From Phyllosticta citribraziliensis (Eukaryota), in contig NW_027117347.1 of assembly GCF_038025025.1 (NCBI RefSeq), positions 496,001-560,000 on the forward strand: a stretch of DNA of 64,000 bases. The letters are read 5' to 3'. Below, in pieces: positions 26,930-39,282 of this stretch (position 1 is its first letter; every line of letters begins with the position of its first letter). Made by a program: the position numbers and the translations under genes. The notes under the pieces are model-generated. The model did no database searches and was not told the origin of the DNA. It saw nothing but the letters and a program-made list of their open reading frames with translations.

Positions 26930-28536
26930 TATTAGATTACTAGTATAGAGATATTATCTAATATAAGCTAATAGGTATAGTACCTAAGTTAGAGGAGGGG
27001 ATATCTTTAAATTCTATATATATAAGGAAAATCTACTACTAGATAAGGTATTTTACTCTTATTAAGCCTAGGACTAGTCTACCCTACTTAGTATTTAAAG
27101 AGTAAAAGGGAAAACTTAGTTAGTATATTAAGGAGCTAGATATACTAAGGGTATTATATAAATACTATAACTCTTATAGCCATTTTAGAAGTAACCCTAT
27201 ACTAGTAAAGCTAATTAGATACTACTACTAGCTAACTTACTTAAAGGATACCTAGGAATATACTTAGTCTTATCCTTTATATTAACTAACTAGACCTCTC
27301 TAACTATTAGTAGGAACTATTCTAGTTATATAACTATAACCCCTTAACTTAATTACTCTAGATTACCTAGGACCCCTAACTCCTATTATAGTATAAGGTA
27401 ATTATTATATCCTTATAATAGTTAACTACTTTACTAAGAAGATCTAGATTTATATATCTTTAGGAGTAATAGTAAAGGAGATAATTAAGAATCTAGAAGA
27501 TACTATTATTAAGCCTATTAGCTAGATATAAGCTACCTATACTAATAATAGCTTATATTTCTATAGAAAAGACTTTATAGGTCTACTAGATATAAGGAAG
27601 ATTAAGTACCTCTATAGTAATATAAGATATCTATAATCTATAGGCCTTATAAAATCCTATATTAAGATAGTATAGTATACTATTATTAAATATATTTAGG
27701 AATTATTAGAATAAATATATAAGTAGGATATACTCCTTAATAATATTATATATTTACTAAATTTATAAGTTTCCTATATATATAGATTCTTACCTAATAA
27801 GCTTCTTTATAGATTTTAACCTTAATAATATAAGTAGCCTAATATAATATCTATAATTATTATAGACTCTATCTAAGCAGCATTTAAAGCTAGTAGCTAT
27901 AATATTAAGGTAGATAAGACTATAGTAGCTATTAATTTTAAAGTATAGCTTATATAGCTTAATAAGATTTAGGAATAGGTACTTAATAAGTACTTAATAT
28001 AGTAATAGAAGATAGCCTAATAGGTAGAAGATATAATATAGTAGCTATCCCTATTATAAGGTAACTTAGTATTACTAAGATACTATACCCTTAATAATTA
28101 AAGGGGGAAGAAACTTAAACTATAGTAGATAGGACTATACTAGGTATTATAGGTATATTTTAGAGGCTAGTCTATTATATTAACTAACCTTTATTTAGGA
28201 TTACCTATTAGTATATACTATATTAATAATATTAAGGTCTTTATTACTTATAAGTAGTATAACTAACTACTAGGATAGAAGGCTATAATAGATACTACTA
28301 CTAAGAATTAAATATAGTAGTAAGTAATACTAGCTAATAATAATAAAGCTTAGGCTAAATTAGTAGAGTAACTATAAAAAGAGACCTAGTATAAAGTAGA
28401 TAGACTAAAAATATAATAGATAGGACTATCTACTAAGGAATAGTTATAGGATATTATAGAGTTTCTTAATAAAGTCTATAATAAGGTATATCCTAAATAT
28501 TAGGAGCCTTATAGCTTAGACTTAATAAATCTCTAA
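26930..28536 (+). pseudogene. Outer element gypsy-type integrase remnant
   Basis: De-RIPed: WYRDII, HDSHGHF...YYWP...CPSC (HHCC), LDYLGPL, VDYFTK, YTDNGSHF, HPQSVGLVE, KLEPxWTGPY (GPY/F module, 28111-28140). Confidence 0.85.
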
Positions 28537-29076
28537 CCTATAGATTAGGTACTACCCTCTTTCTCTACTAAGTAGAGTTATATTTATATATTCTAGGTAT
28601 TTAGGTATTTTAATTTTAATATATACTAGGTAATAGGATAGAAAAAGGGAGTTAATAGATAATTAGCTTAAAGTTATTAATTTTAATAAGTAAGTAAACT
28701 ATAGGAGTATTAAGGGATAGGAGTAGTATACTAGATAATTTCCTAGCTAGAGGTATATTTATTAGTTAGTAAGAAAGGTATTTCTTAAGAGATAGAATTC
28801 TAGTAAGGTATAATAGATAAGAGAGGGAAGATAATTTAATAGGTAATAAGTATTAAAAGATAAACTATTAAGGACTATAGAGGAGGATAATTAGCTAGTT
28901 ATAAAAATTACTACCTTACCTTCTACTACTATAATACTACTAACCCTCTACCTTTATAATAACTAAGCAGTATAGGACTATATACCTTAAGAGATAGATA
29001 CTATATAACTAAGAATTAGCCCTATTAGACCTAGTAGATAATTCCCTATTAGTATTAAGACCTATTACCTTCTATA

Positions 29077-31356
29077 ATAGCTACCTTTATCCTCTTTATT
29101 AGCCCTTTAAACTATAATTCTACTATTATATAACTTTATTATCTTAATACTATACTCCCTCTACTACTAGACCTACATCCTTAGCTATCTAGCATTTCTA
29201 TAATTCTATTACTACCAGTATAGAAAGGCATAATACTAGATACTAGAGAAGAGCCTCCTATAAATAGTAGTATTAAAGAAGAGGATAATTAGTACTATAA
29301 TACTACTAGTAAGAGTAAAGAGTAAGAAGGTCTATAAGAGTATATAGACCTAATTAACTAGTAGATTAGTATTAAAGGTAGTAAACTATATAAGGAAATA
29401 CTAGATTATAACCTACTTTACCTTAATAGTCCTAATAACTTTAGTCCTTCTAATAATAAACTCTTAATAAGATCTATATTACTACTTAATATATAGCTAG
29501 GTTTTATAAAGGTAATTAAAAATATAACTACCTTATCTACTTATAAGGATAGTATTAATAGTTATAACTTAGAACCTAAATCTAACTATAATACTAAATC
29601 TAACTATAATACTAAATCTAACCATAATATTAATAATAAGTAGTATAACTTAGATACTAGTAAAGAATAGTAAGTCCTAGGAGATAATAATTAAATATTA
29701 GATACTACTAATAAATTAGTAGATTATAATACTACTATCTTTTTAGATAATAATAGCTATAAGAATCTTTACTACTAGGGTTTTATATATATAGGTAATA
29801 GACTAGTTATACTAGATAATAAAGTAGACCTATAGTTTACTATTAATAACCTCTACCTTTAGGTAGTAAGAGTCTCTAAGTATATTAGTAAGGAAGATAA
29901 AGGTATTAATAGATTTAAAGTATAGGAGAATAAAGACTATACTAGTAGTAGTTTTAAAGCTATATAATTAAGTACTTCTCTAATAGCCCTAACTTTAGGA
30001 ATAGAAGATAATATATAGTATTTTAGTATTAATAAGAAAAGGAAGTATAATCTTAAGATAAATAATAATATAGATAGTAATAATATCCCTTTTAAGGCTA
30101 TAAGAGTTACTCTAATAGAGCTACCTAAGTTTAATAATAGTACTAGTACTATACTAGTATATATACCTAGGTAATAGTTATCCTACTATACCTCTAGCCT
30201 AATATTAGAGTAGAGGAAGGAGCTTATAAAGAAGAAGCTACTTCTTTAAAAGGCTAAAATATTAACCTATAATAAGAAGATATTTATTAGTATAGTATAG
30301 CTTATTAAGAACTTCCTAGATAATACTACTAAGGAAGAAAGTTTAAAAGTTAACTTAGTTCTATACTACCTTATTTAGGATAACTTAGGATTAATAGATT
30401 ATATATATAAATATCTCTTTAGAGGAGGTTATTATATTCTATACTAATTAGATCTACTATATTATAAGACTAATAGTAATCTATATTAGTATAAGATCTT
30501 AGTTATTACCTAAGTATATTATTTAATAAGTAGTAAGTTTAGAGCTACACTACTATTAGTTAAAGAAGAAGTAGTAATAAAGGGTATAATATTCCTTAAG
30601 GTAATCTCCTATATATTAGACTAACCTATTATTATAGATACTTTAGGCCTTAAGTATCTTAGTATAAATATTAAATAACTAATTAAATTAGTAAAAATAA
30701 AGGCTTACTAAGATATTAAGTATAAAAAGTATATTAAAAGTATATAGGCTAAGATTAAGTTATACCTTAACCCTTATAAGAAATATATAGGTCTACTAAA
30801 GACTATATTTAACCTAAGGGAATAATAAGTAATAGACCTTAAAAATATACTTAATACTACTAATTACTAACTTAAGAAGGGTAGATTAATACTAGTTAAA
30901 GGCCCTAATATTAAGGTTATCTACTTACTAATATCTCTAGTTACTCTAATTATAGATATTCCTAAGGATATTACTTTAACTCTAGAGCTTCTCTAAGAGT
31001 ATAGTAAATATATAGCTATCTATAATAACCTTATAAAGGTAGCTAATAAAGAGAATTAATATAATTCTACTATAGTAAACCTTATTAATCTTAAGCTACT
31101 AAAGTTAGCTAAACCTAATAGTCCTAAGAAGAAGACTCCTAAGTAGCTAGTTAAAGGTATAAAAGTTAATATAATAGTAGATAAGTCTAATAATAATAAG
31201 GTTAACCCTATTATTATTAAGAAGGGTACTAAGTAGGTAACTACTAAGAAGTATATAAAGATTACTAAGGGTTATAGTAAATTAGCTATAGCTATTAAAT
31301 AGACTAGGAATTCCTAGATAATTATTAATACTAATAATATAGAGGATATAAACTAA
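29077..31356 (+). pseudogene. Large extra ORF (~760 codons) of the outer LTR element, unknown function, RIP-inactivated
   Basis: One frame with coding-like GAN/AAG periodicity at 29221, 30241, 31081 and 31321; stops are TAA/TAG as expected from RIP of CAA/CAG/TGG; in-frame 18-bp triple repeat; start is a guess. Confidence 0.55.
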
Positions 31357-31740
31357 AGATATATCTCCCTATTACCCTATATTTAGTATAATTAGTTTCC
31401 TTTTATTTATAACTACTATTATAATAATAATAAGATAATAATAAAGGTATTTCCTTTACTAGCTACTTATTTATAGATAGTATCCTAAGTATTACTCTTT
31501 TATTTAATAGACCTAAAGATAGTCTAATATATCTAAGGATAGTAGTATACTTTTATTAAAATAGTAATAGGGGAGGTAACTTATTTAATATTACTTTTAT
31601 TCTATTTACTAGTATAAGATAATTTATATAGTAGAAAAGGTACTTTAAGTATACTCTAATAGACTAGAGATTTACTTTTAAGATCTAGGCTTAGTAAAGC
31701 TAATCCTCTAGTATTAACTTTAAGAAAAAGGGAGGTAAGC

Positions 31741-31877
31741 TATAGGATAGAAGTTATATATATAGTAGAATATTAGGAGTAGTACTTTAATTAGTTATCC
31801 TAGCCTAATAGACCTTAGACTTAGTATTAATTATATAAGTTACTGAAACTGGCTGTGCCCTGATTATTTGAGTATCA
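31741..31877 (+). repeat. 3' LTR of outer element
   Basis: Direct repeat of 13949-14085; ends GAGTATCA; preceded by a PPT. Confidence 0.92.
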
Positions 31878-32047
31878 CTGTCTAGTCTGGTCCACTTGAG
31901 TGCATCCACAAGTCCCAAGCAAATATATAACTTGCTGTGCCTCCTGACCCATTCATGCGCCCTCACATCCAGATCATGAACGGCCCCCAACAATAAAACT
32001 TTGGAGAGGCACAAGAAGCATTCAGTACAACTACCCGTCGTTCAAAA

Positions 32048-33750
32048 ATGGATCCGCGAACAGGATTCGGCGTGAGCTCCATTGCGAGTCGCGAGTGGCT
32101 TAACGTCTCAGCCATAAAGCTCCTGGGCGGAGTGGTTTCCCTGGTTGGCATGCTCGATTCTTGCGAGGGCTATTGTGTGTACTGATTTGAGCGGCAGTCC
32201 ATCCTCTATCACGTCTCGCTGGCCATATACAACATTTACTTTCACCCGCTTCGCAAGTTTCCAGGTCCGAAGCTCTTCGCCGCCAGTCGAATTCCTTATG
32301 CGTTTGCCCTTTCACAAGGCAAAATTCTGCAAGTTGTCAACGATGCCCATGAGCACTATGGGGAGGTGGTCCGCGTTGCTCCCAACGAGCTCTCCTTCAT
32401 CACCGGCGAGACCGCATGGCAGGAGATCTACGGCTTCCGTGGCGGCAAGAAGGAGGAATTTGGCAAGGACACCCAATTCTTCCCAAAGTCTGTCAACGGA
32501 GTGCGTTCAATTATCTCAGCAAACCGACAAGATCATTCTCGTGTGCGTCGCGTCTTCTCCAACGCCTTTTCGGACAAGGCATTGCGAGACCAAGAGCCGC
32601 TGATTCAGAGATACGTTGGCTTGCTCATGCGGAGGCTGCGAGAGAAGACGGAAAATGGAGAGTCGCTTGATCTCGTGAAATACGTAAGTTTTCCAGTCAA
32701 GGTGTAACGCCTTGGGAGCATCCTGACGCTCTGCAGTACAACTTTGCCACATTTGACATTGTTGGCGACCTGATCTTTGGCGAGGGCTTTGGGTGTCTCG
32801 AGAATGATGACTACCACGACTACGTTGCGACGGTCCTTGGTAACCTCAAGGCTGTTACGATGCGCACCGCCCTGAGATACCACAGCCTTGTCGAGAAGTT
32901 TTACATGACGTTCATGCCTAAGGACAAGATCAACAAATCGGTTGAACACTTCAACAACGCCCGGGCCAAAGTAACGAAGCGTCTGAACACGGAGACGGAG
33001 CGTCCAGACTTCATCACTCTGGTGCAGAAGCAGCCGGAGAGCAAGGCCGTCACCCGAGATGAGTTGGACGCGAATGCCGGTGTCTTCCTCACGGCTGGTA
33101 GTGAGACCACAGCGACCACCTTATCAGGGACGACGTATCTCCTGCTTAAGAATCCGGACAAGATGAAGAAGGTGGTCAAAGAAGTGCGCGAGGCTTTCCG
33201 CAGCTCGAACGAGATCACGATCGAAGCTGTCCAGCATCTGCCGTATTTGCTGGCAGTCCTCACCGAAGGCATGCGATGTTATCCCCCAGTAGCAACGGGC
33301 TTCCCGAGATCGGTTCCGGAGGGCGGAGAACAAGTCTCTGGATATTTTGTCCCAGGTCATACGTCCGTATACATGTCTCAATACCCGGCGTACCACAGCA
33401 GCCGCAACTTTGTCGAGCCCAACTCTTTCATCCCCGAGAGGTGGCTGGACGACGCAGATGAGAAATTCAAAAATGACAAAAAGTCGGTCATGATGCCCTT
33501 TTCGAACGGTCCGCGAAACTGCATTGGCAAAAAGTTTGTACTCCCTTAGGTTGGCGCGACTCGGTCTTGCGAGTGGCTAATGTTTCTCAGTCTTGCTTAC
33601 GCAGAGATGCGCGTCATCTTGGCTCGCGTCTTGTTTGAATTCGACATTGAGATGGTCGATCCGGACTTTGACTGGCTCAACCAGAAGCTCTTTCTCCTGT
33701 GGGAGAAGCCTGCTATGCAGGTTCGGCTGAGGCCTGTTTCCGTCCAGTAA
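32048..33750 (+). CDS. Cytochrome P450, CYP65/Tri11-like, 4 exons
   Basis: N-terminal YNIYFHPLRKFPGPK, AGSETT I-helix, EGMR (ExxR), PERW, heme motif PFSNGPRNCIG; introns near 32144-32198, 32684-32736, 33534-33590. Confidence 0.92.
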
Positions 33751-34434
33751 ACCATAATGGCGCCACTGGTACGTTTAGGGAGCAGCCATCCTTCATTGCA
33801 GTGACGCCTAAGGAGCAGTCGTCTACCATCCCAGATGCGCAGGGGGCTGCGGTCTGTTGCTGCAGCTAGACCCGGGGAATCTCATTTCTTTCGACACCCA
33901 CTGTGGTGATGATGAGTTGGATCGTTGGCCGTTGAAATGTGTTACCCCCTGTGACTTAACGTGCAAGGAGTCTGCATAGGCTTGAGTTGTGTTAGCAAGT
34001 AGACTTCAAGCCATGAGACAAACAAGGCGGACAAGCCCGCGCGACAGCCACAGAGGAGGCCGTATCATCAGAAGCCGAGGGTGATGAGTATTTAAAAAGG
34101 ACGGGGGGCATGAGCCGCAGGAGTAGGAATGGGTTTGTGATGTCAGGTCCCTTCCAGTCCCAGAAAGGTGGTACCCTGATCCCTGTCCTGCCGGGCATTA
34201 GCCGATATCAGCAATGTGGTCAATCTGGCAGCTCTCCAAACGTCGCCAACTCGTGCTGCACTCAAGCTCTCAAAGTTCACTTCCACAACGCCCCAAGCCA
34301 AAGATATTTGGCGTGCGCCTTTCAGGTTGTGGCATTCCGCGTCCGGTCTCATGTAGGGCTTGGCTGAGCTTTGAGGCCGACGCTGCACTTTTTGTTTTCC
34401 CCCTCACTCTGTCGTATTTACGCACTCCGAAACG

Positions 34435-35850
34435 ATGCTCTTCTTCAGCTTTATACTTCTGCTCTGCACGCTGCCATTGCTGGCATTGTGTGCTGAAGAC
34501 TACTACAAGGTAGGCTTGCGGAATGCCCTCAATTGGACCCTGTCCTCGGGGAGTATTTGGGAAATCAAAACTGACGCGCGCGCAGCTGCTCGGAGTCGAA
34601 AGAGATGCCTCGGACCGCGAGCTTCGCAAATCTTACCGCAAGCTGAGCAAACAATATCACCCTGACAAGAACCCGTACGTTGCCATAACCTCGATTCCAC
34701 CAGATGAAGACTACCTTCAAATCCCTCTCTACGTCATCGTCTAACGTCGCCCAGAGACAACGAAACCGCTCAGGAGCGCTTCGTCGCCATTGCCGAGGCC
34801 TACGAAGCTCTCATCGAGCCCGAGACGCGCAAGATTTACGACCAGTATGGGCACGACGGACTCACCAAGCACAAACAAGGGCGCGGCCCTGGGCACGCAC
34901 ACGACCCCTTCGACCTCTTCTCGCGCTTCTTCGGCGGCTCCGGGCACTTTGGACACCACAGCGGCGAGCGGCGAGGACCCAACATGGAAGTACGGCTGGC
35001 GGTGCCGCTGCGCGAATTCTACAACGGGGGCGAGACGACGTTTACGATTGAAAAGGACCATGTCTGCGAGGCTTGTGAGGGCAGCGGCAGCGAGGACGGG
35101 GAGGTCGACGTGTGCGATGTGTGCGGTGGGCGTGGTATGCGCATCCAGAAACACATGCTGGCGCCGGGCATCTTCCAGCAGGTCCAAGGGACATGCGATG
35201 CGTGCGGCGGCAAGGGCAAGACGGTGCGCCACAAGTGCAACGTGTGCGGCGGCGCGCGTGTCGCCAAGGAGCCCGAGAGCTTCACGGTGCACGTCGAGCG
35301 CGGCATGCCCAAGGGCGCGCGCGTGTCGTTTGAGAACGAGGCCGACGAGAACCCCGACTGGATCGCCGGCGACCTCATCGTGCAGCTCGTCGAAAAGGAA
35401 CCCGTCCTGGGACCAGACGGCGCAGAGGACGAACACATTGCCCGCACCGACGGCACCTTTTTCCGTCGCAAGGGCAAGGATCTCTTCTGGCGCGAGGTGC
35501 TTTCGCTCCGCGAGGCGTGGATGGGCGACTGGGCCCGCAACATTACGCACCTCGACGGCCACGTCGTGCGGCTAAGCCGACCGCGTGGAGCTGTCATTCA
35601 ACCAGGCTCGGTCGAGATGGTCGAGGGCCAGGGCATGCCCATCTGGCAGTCGGACGCGGAAGGCGACCCACTCGCTTTCGGCAACCTGCTCGTCGAGTAC
35701 GTCGTGGTGCTGCCGGACATGATGGACGAGGCCATGGAGGGCGACTTCTGGGCCACATGGGAGAAGTGGCGCGCCAAGGTGGGCGTGGATCTGTTCAAAG
35801 ACTCGGGAAGGCCCGTCATTGTCGAGGCGAGTGCGCACGACGAGCTGTAG
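34435..35850 (+). CDS. SCJ1: ER-lumenal type I DnaJ co-chaperone (Scj1-like)
   Basis: Signal peptide then AEDYYK, HPD motif (QYHPDKNP), G/F region, four CxxCxGxG-type repeats, C-terminal HDEL; two introns. Confidence 0.9.
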
Positions 35851-37416
35851 AGAGTTGGTATGAGAGTACATTGATAGATAGGGGCGTGGTGTTGCGGGCT
35901 TTCCTGCTGGCCTCAAAATGGCTGGCCGCCGTGGTTGTTATAGATGGACGGGAGACGGTGCGGTACGGCGCCACCAAACAATATACCCTTTGCGATTCCA
36001 CGTCGTCCAGAAACCGTGCCCCTGCTTTGGGGTGTTGCTGTCGAGTTGCTGCCGACATGGAGATAGTCAACTGTCCCGCCTAAGACAGCAAGGTACCTCG
36101 ACATGTATGAAGCGAGAGGACCAACAGCCGACCCAATCAGGAAACACCTGCCTGTACGTGCGAGCGAGCGACACACCGCGCATGTCCAGTCCAGCCAGCC
36201 TTCAGACCGCAATGACTCCCAAGAACCAGCCCGCTGTGCCGTAGTGCTCCAGCACTCCATCTCCACAATCATCTACGCACTTGACCCAAAGTGATCAGAT
36301 CGCAAGAGGCCGGGGACGGATGAGGCGGGCGGCTACCCGCGTGCCTACCCGCGCGCGCGGTTACCGCGGGCTGTGGCGTCAAACTTTGTCTCTCCTTCTC
36401 TTACTAAACTCTCTATATCTTAGGCGAGCTCTCACACGACAACCCCAGTCACTACATTCGCGAGTCAGGGCACCGCAGCAGCTGTACGTAACGTAAAGTG
36501 TGTAGCAGGAGAAGATAAAAACGACGGGACGGGACGGTATGGAAAGGGCAGGTTTGGCCCGGGGGTCGACGAGAGACTGAGATTGATTGATTGGTGGGTT
36601 TGTAGGTGCTCTGTCCTGTCCGTTCGCTTTGACTGTCTACCCACGAAGGTACCTAGACCATTGGAGCTATGAGGTAACTACTGTACTGCACACGTATGCA
36701 GCGCAGTGCAGAGCAGCTTCGACTCCAGTCTTTGTTGAAGACGGAAAAGCGACATAGTAATACTTGTCCAAGCAAACGCCCCCTCTCTCTCTTGCGTAAA
36801 CTAGAAACCTCTTGTACTCCGAAAAGCTGGTGGCGTAGTCGTCGTGATAGGGAAGGGAGATGAGGAAACGAAATGGCCAAAGGCCATGCGGTCCCATATA
36901 TACAAACACGCGTGCGCGTGCAAAGGGCGGCAAAGTGGATGAATTTGTGCAGTCTTGAAGAAGAGGAGGAAGAAAAGCGGAAATGGAGGAAATAAATAAC
37001 AAAAACAAGAGAAACCGAAAAAAGGGTTTGAGAAGAAGATGAAAGGCAAATAGAAAAGAAAACATAAGTCATTCCGGTCATGAGTGAGATGGAAAGTAAA
37101 AAGAAGTCGTGCCGTCGGTGCCGAAGGAGAATATATGGATAGTTGGGTACTGATGGTATATGTAGGGAGTCGACAACGTCGTCCGTCGTCGTCGGGGTAT
37201 CCAATTTGGGTCGGTCCGTCTCAGTGTATGTATGTAGGGTGGACAACGCGATGCAAGCATGCAATCTTCCCTTGCCTCTAAGCCATCATCCATCCCACTC
37301 ATTCTTTCGTCCATTCATCCAGGAGGGAGCTATCCAGTCCTTCCCCTGGCGCAAAGATCCAAAACAGTCAAGGTCATCAAAGCAGTCTTACCTCAGTCTA
37401 GGACCCCAAACAATTC

Positions 37417-39282
37417 TTACAAAACATATCGGAACATGGGCCCGTAGTTCTCGAGGCCCTCGTCCAGCGTTTGCCGCGGGCCCTCGGCCTCGCCCTCAGC
37501 GGCACTCGCAGTGGAAGGCCCCGCCGCCACGGCCGCCGCTTTGGCAATCTCGGCCTCGCGGCGCTCGCGCTGCTCGGCAAGGGTGCCGTACTTCTCATCC
37601 AGCTTGCGGTTCTCGTAGCTCAGCAGGAACCTAGTCGCGATGACCAGGGCGGTGGTGAAGAACATGAAGGCGGCACACGTAGCATGGCCGCTGGTGAAGT
37701 CGGGGGCGTCCGAGTCCGGGTAGAGGCGCGTGCCTAGGACGGGCCCGCACTGGCCGACGACGTTGAGGATGACGAAGCCCATGCCGCGGCGCGTGTCGGA
37801 GCCCTGGTTGTTGCTGACCCACGGCAGCACGTTAGCGATGGCCGGGAAGATGCCGGCCGCGGCCAGGAACACGCCCGTGTAGCGCACGCCGACGCTGTCG
37901 GTGGCCGCCAGCAGCACGTAGCCGATGCCGCCCACGAGCGTCAGCGCCATGATCATGTAGGCGCGCTGCTGCGTGCGGTCGGTGATGTATGTCGTCGCCA
38001 GCGTGATGAGGAACGACAGGAAGAAGGGCGGCGCCGTCAGCCCTTGCGCGTTGATGGCGGTGAAGCCCATCTCGTGGAGGATTGTGGGTAGGAATACCGG
38101 AAGTGACGCGAACGAGACGTTGCAGGAGAAGTACATGAGCTGCGGACAGGAGGATTCACTGTTAGCCTGCTGCAGAGCGGAGTGGCTGTGGTGTGCGTGG
38201 CTGAGTCTGTCCATCAACCACACCAGGCGTCACTTACGGCGGTGAGCCAACACTTGGGGTCCAACAGTGTGTCGACCACGTCCTTCCATACGATTTTGCC
38301 GATGCGTGCCTCGCCGGGCGTGCCCGTCTGGCGCACTCCTCTGGCGCGCGCCACCTTCTTCTCGTCATCAGTCAAGAACCTGGCCTTTTCGGGCGAATCT
38401 GGCAGGAAAAAGAAGGAGACGGCCGCCATGACAATGGTGGGCAATCCCTCGACGAGGAACAAGAGTCTCCAGTTTGCGATAGGTTCGTCGCTTCCGCTCG
38501 TGATGCCGTACGCCAGTGCGCCAGCAAAGGTGTTTGCGAGCGGGGCCGCCGACAGGAAAAGTCCTGATCTGAAGCCATGCTCGTGGCGCAGATAGAAGAA
38601 CGAGAGCAGGTACGGGATGCCAGGCCCATAGCCGGCCTCAAACACTCCCATGAAGAAGCGCAGAGCCATCATGCCCTGCCAATTGTGCACTGCGGCTTGG
38701 CATGTCGAGACGAGCCCCCTGGGAAAGTTAGCAATACTGTCGACTCTTGTCGGAAAAGATCAGTGATACACACCATCCCAAGACCATGAGCCCGGCCCAT
38801 ATATGCGGCGGGACCACTTTCCACATGAGAGCCTGGAACTCAAAGATGATGTAGGAAATGTAGAAAATGGTCAACAGCCAATCATACTCGTCGCTGTCCA
38901 ATCCAAGATCGTCATTCATCCCGGCGACTTTGGCGTTGCTACAATTTTGCGCCCGTCAGCATGGCACCGCACGCGGGAGGGCTTACTACGGGTCAAGGGT
39001 TCATGTGAAGTGGCGCCCGTTTGCTCAGCTTACCCAATGTTGGACCGGTCCAGGAAGGCGAGGAGATCTGACCAGTGATTCGTTAGCCACCATGCTCTCG
39101 TCGGCACACGGCACAGGCTTTGTAAGCCACTTACACAAAGTCATGAGGAGAGGCACCACATGGAGGTCGAGTTTGCGCACGACGCGCTTCTCCACGATTG
39201 GGTCTATCGGAGTGGGGGCGGAGATGGAGGCATTGTCGACGTGGACGTCATTGTAGGCCTTTTCTGCGTCGTCTGTGGACAT
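37417..39282 (-). CDS. MFS anion:cation symporter (high-affinity nicotinic acid transporter TNA1-like), multi-exon
   Basis: EKRVVRKLDLHVVP, AFLDRSNIG, LRFFMGVFEAG, WRLLFLVEGLPT, NNQGSDTRRG, C-terminal FRYVL; introns with canonical signals. Confidence 0.88.

Larger units (their letters stand above)
13949..31877 (+). mobile_element. Outer RIP-degraded Ty3/gypsy-like LTR element (~9.8 kb without the nested insert)
   Basis: 137-bp direct repeats starting TG and ending CA; purine tract AAGAAAAAGGGAGG just before the 3' LTR; gag, protease and integrase remnants; near absence of CA/TG/CG dinucleotides. Confidence 0.9.

Noticed and set aside
26930..31356. Copia-type order (IN then RT) or a Ginger-type DNA transposon for the outer element
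   Set aside because: Integrase is gypsy-type with GPY/F, the downstream ORF shows no RT motifs, and the termini are direct repeats with a PPT rather than TIRs
13949..31877. AT-rich block as a mitochondrial insert, foreign DNA or centromere
   Set aside because: Fully explained by two LTR elements and RIP (TpA excess, CpA/TpG loss); centromere function cannot be judged from sequence
32048..33750. P450 as part of a secondary-metabolite cluster
   Set aside because: No PKS, NRPS, terpene synthase or cluster transcription factor in the window; right-hand neighbours are housekeeping or transporter genes
34741..35597. Several overlapping ORFs within the DnaJ gene
   Set aside because: Alternative-frame and antisense artefacts of high GC3
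36325..36370. GC-rich CTACCCGCG direct repeat / quasi-palindrome
   Set aside because: Too short to support a regulatory or ncRNA call
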